Made by a program: the position numbers and the translations under genes. Below, piece after piece: positions 40,696 through 56,703 of a DNA stretch of 64,000 nucleotides (positions are counted from its first letter, which is position 1; each line of letters starts with the position of its first letter). The stretch lies in NCBI GenBank assembly GCA_951406725.2, contig OX597822.1:79422001-79486000 (forward strand), read 5' to 3'. This stretch comes from Octopus vulgaris (lineage: Eukaryota). A model generated the notes under the pieces. That model worked only from the letters and a program-made list of their open reading frames with translations. It made no database searches and was not told the DNA's origin.

Positions 40696-42196
40696 TCATC
40701 ATCACGAACAACATGACGGTTAGCCGTCTTCTTCTTCGTCGTCGTCGTTGTCATACGGGTCTATCGGAAACATTTGACATTTCATACATCCTTGACACAG
40801 TTTACTTAGCCCTCTAAGTCTGATCTTCGTTTATCTCTAACCCACCCACTTAACCCCCTTCTGTCCCCACCACCCCAACCAGGGTAATGGACACCTCCAA
40901 TGTCTTTTGTCTTCATAAACCAGATTGTCATCTTGAAACGTTGATATTTTAGATATTCACGTCCGCCGCCTTTGCACGCACACATCACAAAGACAGGCAT
41001 GGTTGTGTGGTTAAAGCGCTCACTTTGAGGCCCACGGGATTTCGGGTTCAGTCCCAAGGTCCGGCACTTTGGTGACGTGTCTCCTTCTCTAGCCTCGGAC
41101 TGATCAATGCCTTGTGAGTGAATTTGGTAGATGGAGACTGTGTGGAAGACCGTCACGTATATACGATGATAAATACTAACTTGATACTAGTTCAAACATT
41201 TGAAGGTCATTTAGTTAGTTAAAAGGGAAATAAGTCTGGTACGTAAGCTATCGGTCTCTTTCGCCGAAGCGCTAGGTTACATAAACAGACCAACACTAGT
41301 TGTCAAGCGATGGTGGGATCAAACACACGCACACACACACACACATATATGGGCTTCTACAGTTTCCACCTATCGAATACACTCACGAGGCTTTGGTTAG
41401 CCTGGGTTCCCATTCTGTTTCTGTCTACTAAATCCACTCACAAAGTTTGGGTTGGCCCGGAGCTAGAGCAAAAGATACTCGCCCATGGTACCACGCAGTG
41501 AGATTAAACCCGGAACCATGTGATTGGGAAGTAAACTTCTAACCACACAGCCATTCTCCACCGTGTCCTCAACGTTTCAAGACCGTCTACTGTCTATGTC
41601 GTTTGAGGGATTTTTGGCTGCTATTACTAGCAGATCGAATGGCAGCAGAGTAACTTCGGCAAAGTGTCTTCAACGAAAGTGTTTGTGGGAAATAGAAATT
41701 CAAATTACTCAGAAAAAGAGCCAATCTCACCTGTGACTGTTACTTAAGTTGTATATTATCTTCGGCTGAAAATAATCTTCTTTCACCTTAAATAAACCTT
41801 AAATCAGTGTCACGCACTTGTTTTACTAATTAATATTTATCAATTAACTTCCACTAACGTTCGTGTGTTATCTCGCCAAATAAATAAATAAATAAATATA
41901 CAAAATAAGATAAATATAAAGTAAAAAAAGAAAAGAAAGAAAGGAAATTTATTCCTGGCCATTGTTGCATTACGAAATACAGCAGCGTGCTGGCAGAATC
42001 GTTAGCAGACCGGGGAGTATGCTTAGTGTTATTACGTTCTGAGTTCAAATATCGTCGAGATCGACTTTGCGTTTCATTCCTTTCGGTGTCGATAAAGTAA
42101 GTACCAGTCAAGTACTGAGGTTGATGTAATCAACTAACCATTTCCCGCCAAATTTCAGGGCTTGTGCCTGTGAAAAATTGATAATAATATAAGTTT

Positions 42197-42605
42197 TGGC
42201 TGTGTAGTAAGAAGTTTATTTCCCGACTACATAGAACCAGGTTCAGTCCCGCCGCGTGGCACCTTCGGTAAATATCTTCTACTATAGCCTTGAGCTGATT
42301 GAAGACTTGTTAGTGGATTTGGTAGAGGGAAACTGAAAGAAGCCCGCCATATATATATATATGTATGTGTGCATGTGCATGTGTGTGTGTGCTTGTCCCT
42401 CACCACCCTCGACAACCGGTGTTTGTTCGTTTACGTCCCCGTAATATAGTGGTTCGGCAAAAGAAACCAAAAAAAAAAGTACCAGGCTTAAAAAAACGAA
42501 AAAGCAAAAACAGGTACTGAGATTGATTCGTTCGACTAAAATTCCTCAAGGCGGTGCTCCAGTATGGCCACAGTCTAACGATTGAAACAAGTAAAAGATA
42601 GAAGA
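42197..42605 (+). mobile_element. SINE family B
   Basis: Full head, body and tail. Confidence 0.88.
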
Positions 42606-42699
42606 TAATTCAAATACTATGAAACTGTTTGCTATTGTTTTTATTTTGTTAATGAGAAATTTTAACAGCCAAGGTTAATTATCTGACTGTGGTTGTTGT

Positions 42700-43001
42700 T
42701 TGTTCCTTCTCGAGCCATGCCTTGTTCATTAGGGCCGGTTTCTCGATTTCATTGGTGTATAGGTTCCCCACCTGGACGGGACGCCGGTCCGTTGCAGGTG
42801 AGATGCTAGATGCAGAAGGAAAGAGTGAGAGAAAGTTGTGAAGAAAGAGTCAACAGAAGTTTCACCATTACCTTCTGCCGGAGCCGCGTGGAGCTTAGGT
42901 GTTTCGCTCATAAACACACATATCGCCCGGTCTGAGATTCGAACCCGCAATCCCTTGATTGCGAATCCACTGCTCTAACCACTGGGCTATGTACCTCCAC
43001 G
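42700..43001 (-). mobile_element. SINE family C
   Basis: Very similar to 59782-60087. Confidence 0.9.
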
Positions 43002-45424
43002 CCTGACTCTGGTAGCAAGCTGAAATTGTCTAACACGGATATGGACGCTTCTAACCACTAGAGGTATGCTGGCAATGGTTTGCTGTGACGTGTGGCCTAG
43101 TGGTTGCAGTGTTGCATTCACGATCGCGAGAATGTGGTTTCCATTCCAGGAGCGGACAGTGCGTTGTGTTATTGAGCAAAAGTACTTAATCTCACGTTGC
43201 CGCAGTCTGCTTACCTGTGAATCAATAACCCTGAAATAGACTGGCGTCCCCCTCCTTGGGTATGTTGTGGATATTGTTGCGATACCGATCATTTATATTC
43301 CATGGAAATCGGGTAACCGAGCCTAAGACACAAGACAATAATGTTCAGAGGTTGTTGCTGCTGCTGATGATGATGATGACAATGCCGTGGTTGTTACTGT
43401 TATTATTGCTGTGGTTTTAGCCCCAGGTTAGCGTTAACTGGACTGGGCTATGAGCGAAGGCGTTTTATGAATAACAATCTTTTATTTCTTCTCAGATTGT
43501 GTACTTGAACTGCTTTATCCATCGTTAATTCGAACCAGATTTAGCTACTAATTCTAGCAGCTGGATCGATTAAATATAAACTTTCTTGTTGCCTCTGTTA
43601 CTCTCATTATATCTTTAAAGCATGAACGTGGCGAATTCCCCGTCCCAAATGGGGTCACCTGTTTCCACTGTCGAAATTTTCACTGGTGCCACTACGGTGC
43701 AATGATGACTCAGACGTGCTTGTTATCCATTTACTTATTTTTGTTAACTGAATTCAAAATTTACTCCGTTCCTTGCGGAAATGCCTCAATTATTAAGCAT
43801 GGCAACTGAATCAGAATCACGTGAAAGACAGAGGAGAATCAACGTGACACCTTTCAGCCGTGATTGTACACCACAAGGCTTTAACTGAAATGTCGATAAG
43901 CACGAGGGAGCGCATCTATCTCTACGTGTATGTATATATGTACGTACGTACGTACATATGTATGTATGTACCTGTATATATGCATACATATATGGTTGTG
44001 TGTGTGTGTGTGTAGATGACGCATGTATGCGGAATGTTAAGAGGGATTGAAGAGTCATATCTTCTACTTAGGTTTATAATTAGAAATAACATGAGCAGAT
44101 CATTAATGTACAGAAGGATGAGTGTGGGAGATATAAAGTGATCGTGGGTCTTACAGAGTCGACAGAATGCCGACACGAGATAGCCTTGTCTTTATATAAT
44201 GCAACGGGATTGTTTTATAAGAGAGAAAGAGAGAGAGAGGGGGGAGAGAGAGAAAGAGAGAGAGAAGAAGCTCATGTCAGACACGGTGGAAGGTTTTGCC
44301 GAAAGCAGTGGTGAGAATATTGTATTCACCGATGTTCTTAAGAGTTTTAAAAGAACTCTGATATATGGGCACGAAACGTTTGGAGACAGCCGTTTGGCGC
44401 TGCCTGTTTGGCGTTGCTGGTTCGTCTCTGATTTATTTCACATCGGAAGACGGTAAGTTAGCAGAACTGTTAGCATACTGAACAAAATGCATTTCGTCCG
44501 TCTTTACATCCAAATTCTGCCGATGTCGACTCTTCGCCTTTCATCCCTTCGGGGTCAATAAAATGAATACTAGTCAAGTACCGGTGTCAATGTAATCGTC
44601 TCACTCCCTCCCCTCAAATTTCAGGTCTTATTTCAGATTTATTTGAGATCGGACGTTTTTAATGTTTCTTTCCCTCCTCTTCGCTCTCCCGTTCTCTCTC
44701 TGCAAATGCGTGGGAGTATATTTATCTTTATGCGTATGAAGAAAGGGAAAGCGTTTAATCCAGTTCAATTCTCTCACTCTCTCAATTTTGAATATATGTG
44801 TATTTTTACGCGCGTAACTAGAACAAGTAGCAGGCAAAATGTAATGAAAATAAGGAGACTGATGTGTCGCTTGTTAACGCCCGATGGGTGGAACATCGCT
44901 GAATGTGTAATTTCATGTTTAAATGGATCATAAAGATGTAAACTATGACATACAGAAAACAATAACATCAAGGAAACGTAACTGGAGTGAATTGTAATAT
45001 CACAAAGTAGGTTTCGCACATCAATTTTTTTTTGTATCCCACACCGTATAAATGCAAAGGACTTTTGCACAGATTCCATGTGCCGAATTGTATCCACAAT
45101 GCTTACATGATGGAGCTGAGACTATAACAGAAAGCACTTGAAACATGTAGCGCGAAGCAAATCTCTTGACTATACAGCCATGCAGGCACCCATGAATCTA
45201 TATAAGGTCATATGTGAGATCATACGTATCCTGTTATAATCAGATGCTACATCAACAATGCTGTATCAACTTAAAAGGATAACTTATGGACGAGATATTA
45301 AAGAATCACTGATAAGCTTGTCATTTTTAATGAAATTTATAGCTTTTCAAGTCTAGCAAATCCGCTCTTTTTTTCATTTCAGGAATAGGGTAATGGGTAT
45401 AGACGTTTGTAAATTGTTTACATG

Positions 45425-45521
<97 letters not shown>

Positions 45522-45533
45522 ACACACAGACAA

Positions 45534-45597
<64 letters not shown>

Positions 45598-45769
45598 GCA
45601 TATATGTATCTACGTACTCACATGTATACATACTTATTCATACTCATATTTGAGCGACAGTTTTATCAATTATGAAACACGCTTGTGTTAATTATTCACC
45701 AACACTACAGCTACTACCCACACCAACGTCACCATCACCACCACCATAAGCACAACCTAGAACTTCATT

Positions 45770-45819
<50 letters not shown>

Positions 45820-45980
45820 TACCATCACGATCAACATCCCCACAATCCCCCTATCATCATCGCCGCTGCCGCCGCCGCCGCCGCCGCCACCACCATTTTT
45901 ATCGCCACCATCACAGTTATCAGTATCACAGCATCACCACCACCGCCATCCTTGTTACCGCCTCCCCCATCACAGTTACT

Positions 45981-46032
<52 letters not shown>

Positions 46033-46377
46033 CCACCACCATCCACCATTTTTACTGCCACCATCACAGTTACTACCACCACCACCACCACCATTACCAC
46101 CACCAACCATTATCCTAACCATCAACCAATACCTCCTACGAAAGCTTAGTTTTCACGATTCAGTATAAGATATTAACAGGAAAGAATGATAAAAGACGAC
46201 GAAGATGAAGGCGATAGGGATTTTGACGTTTGAAAGACATTGTATATCATTCGGTGCCTCTCACATTTCACTTTCAGTGGTCGTCTGTAAACTGTTGTCC
46301 AAGGTTCCTGGCGAGAGAAGTGTTTCTATGAATGTAGGTTCAATCCTCGGCGTAAGCTATGACGTTTCGTGGTATTC

Positions 46378-47240
46378 TTTTATTCTTTTGCTTGTATCAG
46401 TCATTTGACTGCAGCCATGCTGGAGCACTGCCTTTTAGTCGAACAAGTCACCCCCTCCCAGGACTAATTCTTAGTAAGCCTGGTATTCTGTCGGTATCTT
46501 TTACCGAGCCGCTAAGTAACAGGGACATAAACACACCAACATCGGTTGCCAAGCGATGGTGGGAGGTCAAACACAGACACACAAATACATACATACATGT
46601 TTGTATGTATGTATACGACGAGCTTCTTTCAGTTTCCGTCAACCACATCCACTCACAAGGCTTTGGTCGGCCCGAAGCTTTAGTAGAAGATACTTGACCA
46701 AGGTGCCACGCAGTGGGACTGAACCCGGAACCATGTGGTTGGGAAGGAAGCTTCTTACCGCACAGCCACACATGCGCCTATTTCTTTTTTGTAACCTTCG
46801 ACTTGTTTTCAGTCATTGAACTATGGCCATGCTGGGGCACAACTTTCAAGGGTTTTAGTCGAACAGATTGATCCCAGTACTTATTTTCTAAACCTGGTAC
46901 TTTTTCTATCAGTGTATTTTGTCGGATCGTTAAATTACGGTGATGTAAACAAACCAACACCGAGTTTTAAGTGGTGGAGTAGCAAATGCGAACACAAAGA
47001 CAACACACACGCACGCACACACTCACACACAGACACACACACACGTGCACAAACACACCCACTCACACACATAGGACGGGTTTCTACTGAGTGTTCGCCT
47101 AGCAAATTCACTCATAAAGCATTGTTCGGCTATCAGCTACAGTAGAAGAGACTTGCCCAAAGTGTTGCACAGTGAAACCGAAGGCAACACCTCGTGGTTG
47201 CATAGCGAAGTATTTACCCACACAGCCATACCTGCGCCTA
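46378..47240 (-). mobile_element. Two tandem SINE family B copies
   Basis: 46378-46780 and 46795-47240. Confidence 0.88.
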
Positions 47241-47826
47241 TAATACTTTTTTCTGCGATACTAAAGAACGAAGGTATTTAATGACAGAAATATTAAAAAC
47301 ATTCATTAAAAAAAGGATGAAAATATTCAAAAGTACAAGGATTCGTCAGACGTGTCAATCACTTATATTCACCCTCCAATTTATAGGAGTATTGTTAATT
47401 ATAATATAGTTCAGTATTTTTATGTGTACGTAGATGAAGTGGATAATTTTTCTGATTGTGAAGGTGTTAGTGTGCTACTTGTATCTAATTTTAAATAGAT
47501 TTGCCGTCAATCCTGATTCACTTTTCGGTACCACCTGCAGTGTTTTCTTAACTCAAAACATGAACGCTTTTGTAATGAATTTCTACTAAGTGGAAAGAAC
47601 GTGCAGTTGATAAGATTGCATACTGGTTGATGGGCTGTGTTTCTATTAATATGGCCTTCAAGGATAGATATTTGGAATACAATATTCAAACAGCTGTGGA
47701 TTTTACCTTCTTGTTGTTGAGGAAATCGACAAATCAACAAGAGATTACGTGCGTGTTCACTAGATATGTTAGGAATCGTCCTGTACGAAACTGGAGTTTG
47801 AAAATGTATGTACATATATGTATTTA

Positions 47827-47862
<36 letters not shown>

Positions 47863-48079
47863 TATGTTTGTATGTATGTGTGTGTGTATATATACTGTAT
47901 ATCAGGCACGTGCCGTCAGTAATTACACAGGGTAGGCAGTTGGTGACGTTTATGTAGTAAAACACACAACAAAAAATACAATATTTTGTATTTTATGCAG
48001 AGTAATCAAAGTAACCTTCATAATTTTATTGAATTAGGAACATATTTTGCCATAAAAGGAAAATATTACTATTGATCAA

Positions 48080-49900
48080 TTTCATTCAGGGTATCACAGT
48101 TATTATTTTCATTAGGAGGATTTGTATCTAATAACTTATGGTCATGTGAAGAAATGATTTGTGAAATGTTTTTGGTGTTTGAAAATCCTAATTCGGTGTG
48201 ATAATTGAATGGTAACTGGAATTTTTGGGAAGCTGATAAGGGAGGTTGGATTTGATATGCTTACCAAATGGAATGATCATCCAATTAGAATCAATCTTTA
48301 AAATTCCTAGACTTCTTTGTATTATGTAAAAATAAAGAACGGTTATCTCCCTTATGCGGCAAAATTAAATTTTTTGATTTATTGTTATTATTCGAACTAA
48401 AATTTATATTGTTATTACCATTAGGATGTGTTTTCTTGTCTTGATTAATAGAGGTAGAATTAATGTCAGTAGGGTTAAGATACGTAATTGTTTCTTTATA
48501 GCCTGCTTTAAGTAAGGCAGAGTTATAAGATGCAGCTTTTTCATTAAAGATATCAACATTAGCAGATAGTCTGAAAAGCCTAAGTGAAATATTTTAAAGT
48601 TTCTTGTTATAGTCTTCGGATGATTACTAAAAAAGCAAATATATTTTAAATCAGTTGAGAGCTTATGTTATGGGAAATACGAATCATTATATAAGTTAAG
48701 AGTAATATCTAAAAAAATTGGCTTTAGTTATATTATTTATCGAAGATAATGTTTAAGCCCATATTTCCGAAAAATTTCACCAATCTATTTTAAGCCCTTT
48801 GCAATTTTTGGTTTGAAAAAGTTTGAAGGTAGAGTAAACAATCATCACGATATAGACCTCCCTTGATGTTTGGGAATTGGTAAGTCATCTCAGAAATGTT
48901 ATAGATACCAACCAAATCAGAAATTTGTGTGGAGTCTGAACTTCCCAACGTAACATCAAAACCACCAGGCCTATCTTTACGGAGCCAGAGCTTATTTTCA
49001 AATTTAATGAATGATTTTCTGGCACCTAACACTACATTAATTTCATCCCGGGTGAGACCGGCTTTGTTGTGTGCAAACCAGAGCGCTTTGTTAAGTACAG
49101 TTAGATTAATAGAAGAATTGTAACTAGAAATGTCGAACTGGATAAACTTGGTGCACTTCTTGTTACTAACCGAATTAAGCCATTTGACCACTTGGAACGA
49201 ATTAGATCATAAATTAAGTATTATTTTTTTTAAAACTAAAGCAGGAATATATTTACCTAGAATATTTTTACAAAATACATCGATGTCAAAGCTAGAAGGA
49301 CAAATAAATCGTAAGGTTGGGTTATTAAGAAAATGTGGTTTGTGGTCTTTTAAAATAAAACGCAGTTGTTTGGGATCAAGAGGTTCAGTCTTCATCTGTA
49401 AGCCATTTATCCATAATTTTCTTCGCCTTAAGGTTGACTTTCTTGTTAGCACTTTTACCAGTAATCCTATAATTCTTTTGCGTTTCTTTCCTAAGCAATT
49501 CTAGGTAGTAATCCTTGGTAAATTTGTATATGTTTCCTGTTTTATCAGAGTGAACCAGTGTTCCATTAATGTTGTAAATTTCTTTGATGATATTGTGAAG
49601 ATAAATCAGATGTTTATTCCATAAGGGTGAACGATGGAATTTCCCATTCTTCACGATATTCCAGAGATCTTCTTCAAAATGTTTCAATCTGGTGTTAAGT
49701 GGAGGATTGTTTTTAGATTTAAACAATTTGCTGAATTCAGAAGTTTATTTGTTAGCAGCTTTATTAATTTCTTTATTGTCGAAGAAGAAAGCAAGCCATC
49801 TAATACGGTTAATAAAGGAGTTGTTTAAGAAAAACCTTTCTTGGGGGAATAGGTATATCCTTAAGAGATGCGTTTATATTAAGTAACTGCATTTGTAGTA
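48080..49900 (-). pseudogene. Penelope-like element reverse transcriptase, decayed
   Basis: VHSDKTGNIY (DKG-like), LKDHKPHFLNNPTLRFICP, FIQFDISS, FDVTLGSSD..LVGIY, GLYRDDCL; downstream linker ..SNTKNISQIISSHDHKLL; multiple frameshifts; no GIY-YIG seen. Confidence 0.85.
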
Positions 49901-50184
49901 GACAACATGAATGCATTGTTTTACATCATTTTTGTTCCCTCCGGAATAATCTCAATGCTTTTTCCGAAACATATGTTGGAAGTATAAAATGGTCTGAATA
50001 ACACCTGCGTTTGACTCTATTTCTTAATTTATATCCATGTTATACAAAAACATTTCGCTTAACTCTGGAATTCCTACCTTTATAGGTGGTATGTAATATC
50101 TTTGGCGCTTATGTGAATTTTTGCTACCCTGGTAACTATTTATCTGTTTTTTTTCTTGTTATTCGTACACAGTGAAAAAATACA

Positions 50185-50225
<41 letters not shown>

Positions 50226-50525
50226 CTTTCAAGATCCAATGGAATCAAAGTATTTAAATAACAAAGGCATTAAGGTAAAGTCGGGGATAATGTACCTGTG
50301 TACGAACAGTGCATACGGACACTCACGTACTTACAAAATAAATACGGATTTGTCCTTTCCGCTACGCATGGATTCACAAGTATGGACCAAATATACAACG
50401 TATAAGTATAGCTACACATGAGTACACTTCGGCATGCGCTCTACAGACCACTGTAGGCTCAAGATCCAACGCAGAGAGGGTTACGAGTATCGTGAAATAT
50501 AAATAACAATATAGATATGCCGAGT

Positions 50526-50601
50526 TTCACTACAGCTGTTTCAGACGTAGTTTTCTTTTTATTGATGAACAAATCAATTATATCTGTTTTCTTCGAGTGA
50601 A
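50526..50601 (-). ncRNA. Variant hammerhead-like motif upstream of the Penelope-like RT
   Basis: Minus: TTCAC-TCGAAGA-[long stem II with ATTGAT/ATCAAT]-GAAA-CAGCTG-TA-GTGAA. Confidence 0.45.
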
Positions 50602-50797
50602 TTCAGAGCAAAATTCAACACTTAGAGTTTTTCACAGAAATATTATATAATGCATGTTGACTCTCTTTTCTCGGTTCCAGCTGGAACCAAGATGAGAGGA
50701 TCAATATGTTTGGCAAAGAACAGTTCGGCAAAGAAGACAGATAAAATAAACACTAGATTTAAAAATTGAGCATTTGTTTCGATAAGTTCTACTAAAC

Positions 50798-50955
50798 CTG
50801 CTGTGGGAAAACTGCGACCCGCGAGACCTTCTGAAAACATACCTCATTTCACAAGGAAAAATCCATTTATTAAAATTCTTAGTGGTGCGGCCACACGAGA
50901 GGTGACGAGCCATGTCTCATGCGGCCCGCTTCTCGAAAAAGGTATTCCATGTCTA
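50798..50955. mobile_element. Degenerate hAT MITE inside a SINE B tail
   Basis: GCGACCCGC/GCGGCCCGC subterminal motifs; imperfect 8-bp duplication TACTAAAC/GACTAAAT. Confidence 0.5.
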
Positions 50956-51066
50956 GACTAAATTCCCTCAAGGCAATGCTCCATCATGGCCGCACTTCAG
51001 TGACTGAAACCAGTAAAAGATAAAAAAATAAAAGTCAGTACGACGAAGGTTGACCGAGGGCTAAAT

Positions 51067-51360
51067 AACCACCACGTTCACCAGCACCAGCACCAGCACC
51101 AGCACCAGCACCAGCACCACCACTACCACTACCACCACCACCAGCACCACCAGCACCACCATCATCACCACCAGCACCACCAGCACCACCAGCACCACCA
51201 CCACCACCACCAGCACCACCAGCACCACCACCAGCACCACCAGCACCACCAGCACCACCACCAGCACCACCACCATCACCAGCACTACCAGCACCAGTAC
51301 CAGCACCAGCACCAGCACCAGCACCAGCACCACCGCCACCACCATCACCACCACCACCAT
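51067..51360. repeat. (CCA/GCA)n tract
   Basis: Direct reading. Confidence 0.9.
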
Positions 51361-52331
51361 AATCATTATTACTTTTGGTTTGGTTCCCGTCGCTACCAAA
51401 AGTTCTGTTAGAAGACAATGTAACCACCCCATTTGGTGTGGATGCTGGTTGAAGGAAATGGGGTGGTGGTGGTGGTGGTGGTGGCAGATAGAAGGGTGTA
51501 GAAAGGTTATTTATTGCTATACAACTACAGTCCAAAATCACAGTTACTCTGCACGCCACCCCTATTACACCATCAGATATACATCGCATAAATAAATCCA
51601 GAATGACAGCTTTTCTGAAAGCCATTTGTAATGTGCAGCCTCTATCTTTTGTTTCATCCTCAACGCAAGAAATCGTTCTCTGGTCAAACTGCGACGAACG
51701 TTCATTTATTCTTAGCACCCTTCCTTCCTTCCTTCCTTCCTTCCTTCCTTCACAAAGCCAATCATCCATTCTTGTATCAGACATCAACTTCCACGTAGCC
51801 CCCGCCAAATCACTTCGCTAAGTCTCAGTCAGTTTGATGTTTCGCTTCCGATTGGTGGCTACTTCTTCACTCTCTCTCTCCCTACTCTCTCTCTGTGCCT
51901 CACCCCCCTCTTCCATTCTCTTTCTCTCTCTTATGATGCAAGCTGGGTGTTAAGTGCGGAGCATTTCATTCCAAGCTACTCAACGCAGAACCAGTGATGG
52001 ATGTATGGATAAGATATGAACTTCTCAGCAGAAAATTCTCCGTTTTATATACTCTAAGCCAAATGTGTTCCAGATTCCAACCAACTTTATACAGGAACTG
52101 TAGTTATATCCTGCTATTTATTGTACAGAAAATATCACTTGGTGACGGATCGTTGTGACAAAAAACTGAAGCTTGTTCCTTGACAAGATTTCAGACCAGC
52201 ACCCGAGATTACCCAGAGCTTCAATGGATGTGATACAAAACTGTAAGAAATTTCATTAGACGGTGTTGTATTTTATGGAAGGTTGCAAAGGAGAAAAGAC
52301 GGTTGCCGATGAAACTTAAACTGCGAACATT

Positions 52332-52514
52332 GAAAGGCGAGAGCTTCCAACTGGTATATAAACGAAAGGCGAGAGCTTCCATTTAGTATATAACGAAAGG
52401 CGAGAGCTTCCAACTGGTATATAAACGAAAGGCGAGAGCTTCCATTTGGTATATAAACGAAAGGCGAGAGCTTCCATTTGGTATATAACGAAAGGCGAAA
52501 GCTTCCAACAGGTA
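52332..52514. repeat. Minisatellite, about 5.8 copies of 31-32 bp
   Basis: Unit GAAAGGCGAGAGCTTCCA(AC/TT)TGGTATATAA(A)C. Confidence 0.95.
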
Positions 52515-52926
52515 GCATTCGCATCAGCAAGGTGTTTGCAAAACATCACACACACTCCTAGTTTATGCAAACGAGCAAATTTTTCTTTGTTGGGGAAAGT
52601 ATTAACCGCTCGCTCCACCGCAATAAAAACAACAAAAAAACAAACAAAAACAAAACCGAAAAAATGGCTACTTACATCACTGTTGTGTTTTTTTTCTTTC
52701 TTTGTCTTCAGATGGATAAAAGAAGTTGAAACCGCCGGGATTTGAACTCCATAAAATATACACAAGTAATACCACAATGCCTTTTACGCCAAGGGACTTC
52801 ATCGTCACAGCAATTCATACTACTTTCTATGGTAATGACAATGTTTTTCTAAGACTGAAAGATACACTTCTTTTTAGGAAGGACAGTGTATAACTGATGC
52901 AAGCAGTCTCTAAATATTACTGGTAC

Positions 52927-52994
<68 letters not shown>

Positions 52995-52995
<1 letters not shown>

Positions 52996-53252
52996 TATGT
53001 TTGACTTTTGCTTTATATTTGTACAAGTTGGCTCCAAGTCTCACCCAGAGACCTCAAGAGACAACAGGTTGGAAGTTCATGTTGTTGTTATGCCTAGTGT
53101 GCCATATATTTGGTTTTTTTTTGGTGTTGCACTAGTGAATGTCGAAAAACCCCCCCGAAAATTATGTTTGTTTTAAACCTTGAGATTACATAGAAAGTAT
53201 TTTGCGTAGGATATGAGCAGTTCCCATGAGCACTATCTTTTGAATTTCTGCC
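52995..53252 (-). mobile_element. 3' fragment of the same Dong-like family as 30570-31090, between two (ATT)n arrays
   Basis: Shares TTGAGATTACATAGAAAGTATTTTGCGTAGGATATGAGCAGTTCCCATGAGCAC. Confidence 0.88.
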
Positions 53253-53259
53253 ATTATTA

Positions 53260-53306
<47 letters not shown>

Positions 53307-53318
53307 GTAATTATTATT

Positions 53319-55455
<2,137 letters not shown>

Positions 55456-55474
55456 TGTTATTATTATTATTATT

Positions 55475-56014
55475 GAGTGAGAGAGCAGTGCATGCCATCA
55501 AAGTGACACTGGGGTAAAATATACGAAGCCCAATATACCCATCATGACTACCCGTCTGATAAGGGTACACCAGGCACATGCATCACAACCATATGTGCGC
55601 GATATGGTGATCTCATATCAAGATAAACAGCACATGACCTTGCAGGTGGGGCCCAGTTAGAATTTTCTTCAGGTTGAGTAGCCCATCCCGCTCAAAAGGT
55701 CCCTGAATAAGGGTTGTTTAAGGATGTTGAAAGAACCACCCATGTTTCCATAGGTGAATTATTCAAACCCCAAAGAATCCCTCTCAACACATGGCTATGA
55801 TGCTCCCCCACTACTTCTGCTCGTGATCAGAGATGCACATATCGTCAGCCACTAAGGGACATGCTCAACTGGTTATGGTCAAACAACTGACAAGCAAATC
55901 TGTGGTAATGAGCAGAATATTTGGTGTAGCCCATCTTTTTATACCAAGACAAAACAATGTACATGATAACACTTCCAATCAGTTAAGATCAGAAGCCATG
56001 AGAGCCACTGCCTG

Positions 56015-56015
<1 letters not shown>
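55475..56015 (-). mobile_element. 541-bp non-coding repeat (element E) embedded in (TAA)n
   Basis: (ATT)n on both flanks; a homologous segment recurs at 31727-31892. Strand inferred from neighbouring Dong elements. Confidence 0.6.
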
Positions 56016-56066
<51 letters not shown>

Positions 56067-56097
56067 CATCATTATTATTATCATCATTATTATTATA

Positions 56098-56703
56098 GGC
56101 AGAATCGTTAGCACGCTGGACGAAATGTTTAGTGGTATTTCGCCTGAAGCTACGTTCCGAGTTCAAATTCCGCCGAGGTTGACTTTGCCTTTCATCCTTT
56201 CGGGGTCGATAAAATAAGTGCTATGTAATCGACTTAATCCTTTCCCCCAAATTGCTGCCCTTGTGCCAAAATTCGAATCCATTATTATCATTATTATTAT
56301 TGTTGTTGTTGTTGTGGTTGTTGTTGTTGAAGGCAGCGAGCTGGCAGAATCGTTAGCGAAATGCTCAGCGGTATTTCGTCTGCCGTTACGTTCTGAGTTC
56401 AAGTTCTGCCGAGGTCGACTTTGCCTTTCATCCTTTCGGGGTCGATTAAATAAGTACCAGTGCGTAACTGGGGTCGATATAATCGACTTAATCCGTTTGT
56501 CTGTCCTTGTTTGTCCTCTCTGTGTTTAACCCCTTGTGGGTAGTAAAGAAATAGGTATTTCGTCTGCCGCTACGTTCTGAGTTCAAATTCCGCTGAGGTC
56601 GACTTTGCTTTTCATCCTTTCGATGTCGATTAAATAAGTACCAGATGTAATCGACTCGCCCTCTTACCCAAAATGTCAGCCCTGATGCCTATAATGCAAA
56701 GGA
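56098..56703 (+). mobile_element. SINE family A monomer plus dimer
   Basis: Three B-box modules. Confidence 0.88.

Noticed and set aside
40362-40817. Thr-Ala-Ala-rich ORF resembling antifreeze glycoprotein
   Set aside because: Trinucleotide repeat open in several frames on both strands; no credible gene structure.
43700-43752. C/D box snoRNA (ATGATGA...CTGA)
   Set aside because: Too short, no terminal stem, no recognisable guide.
51035-51808. 257-aa Gly/Ala-rich silk-like ORF
   Set aside because: Length comes from (GGT/GCT)n and (GGAA)n repeats.
52332-52514. CRISPR array
   Set aside because: Linkers are near-identical rather than unique spacers; eukaryotic context and no cas genes.
55970-56000. 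Resemblance to U2 snRNA (ATCAGTTAAGATCAGA)
   Set aside because: Short gapped match without branch-pairing region or Sm site; likely chance.
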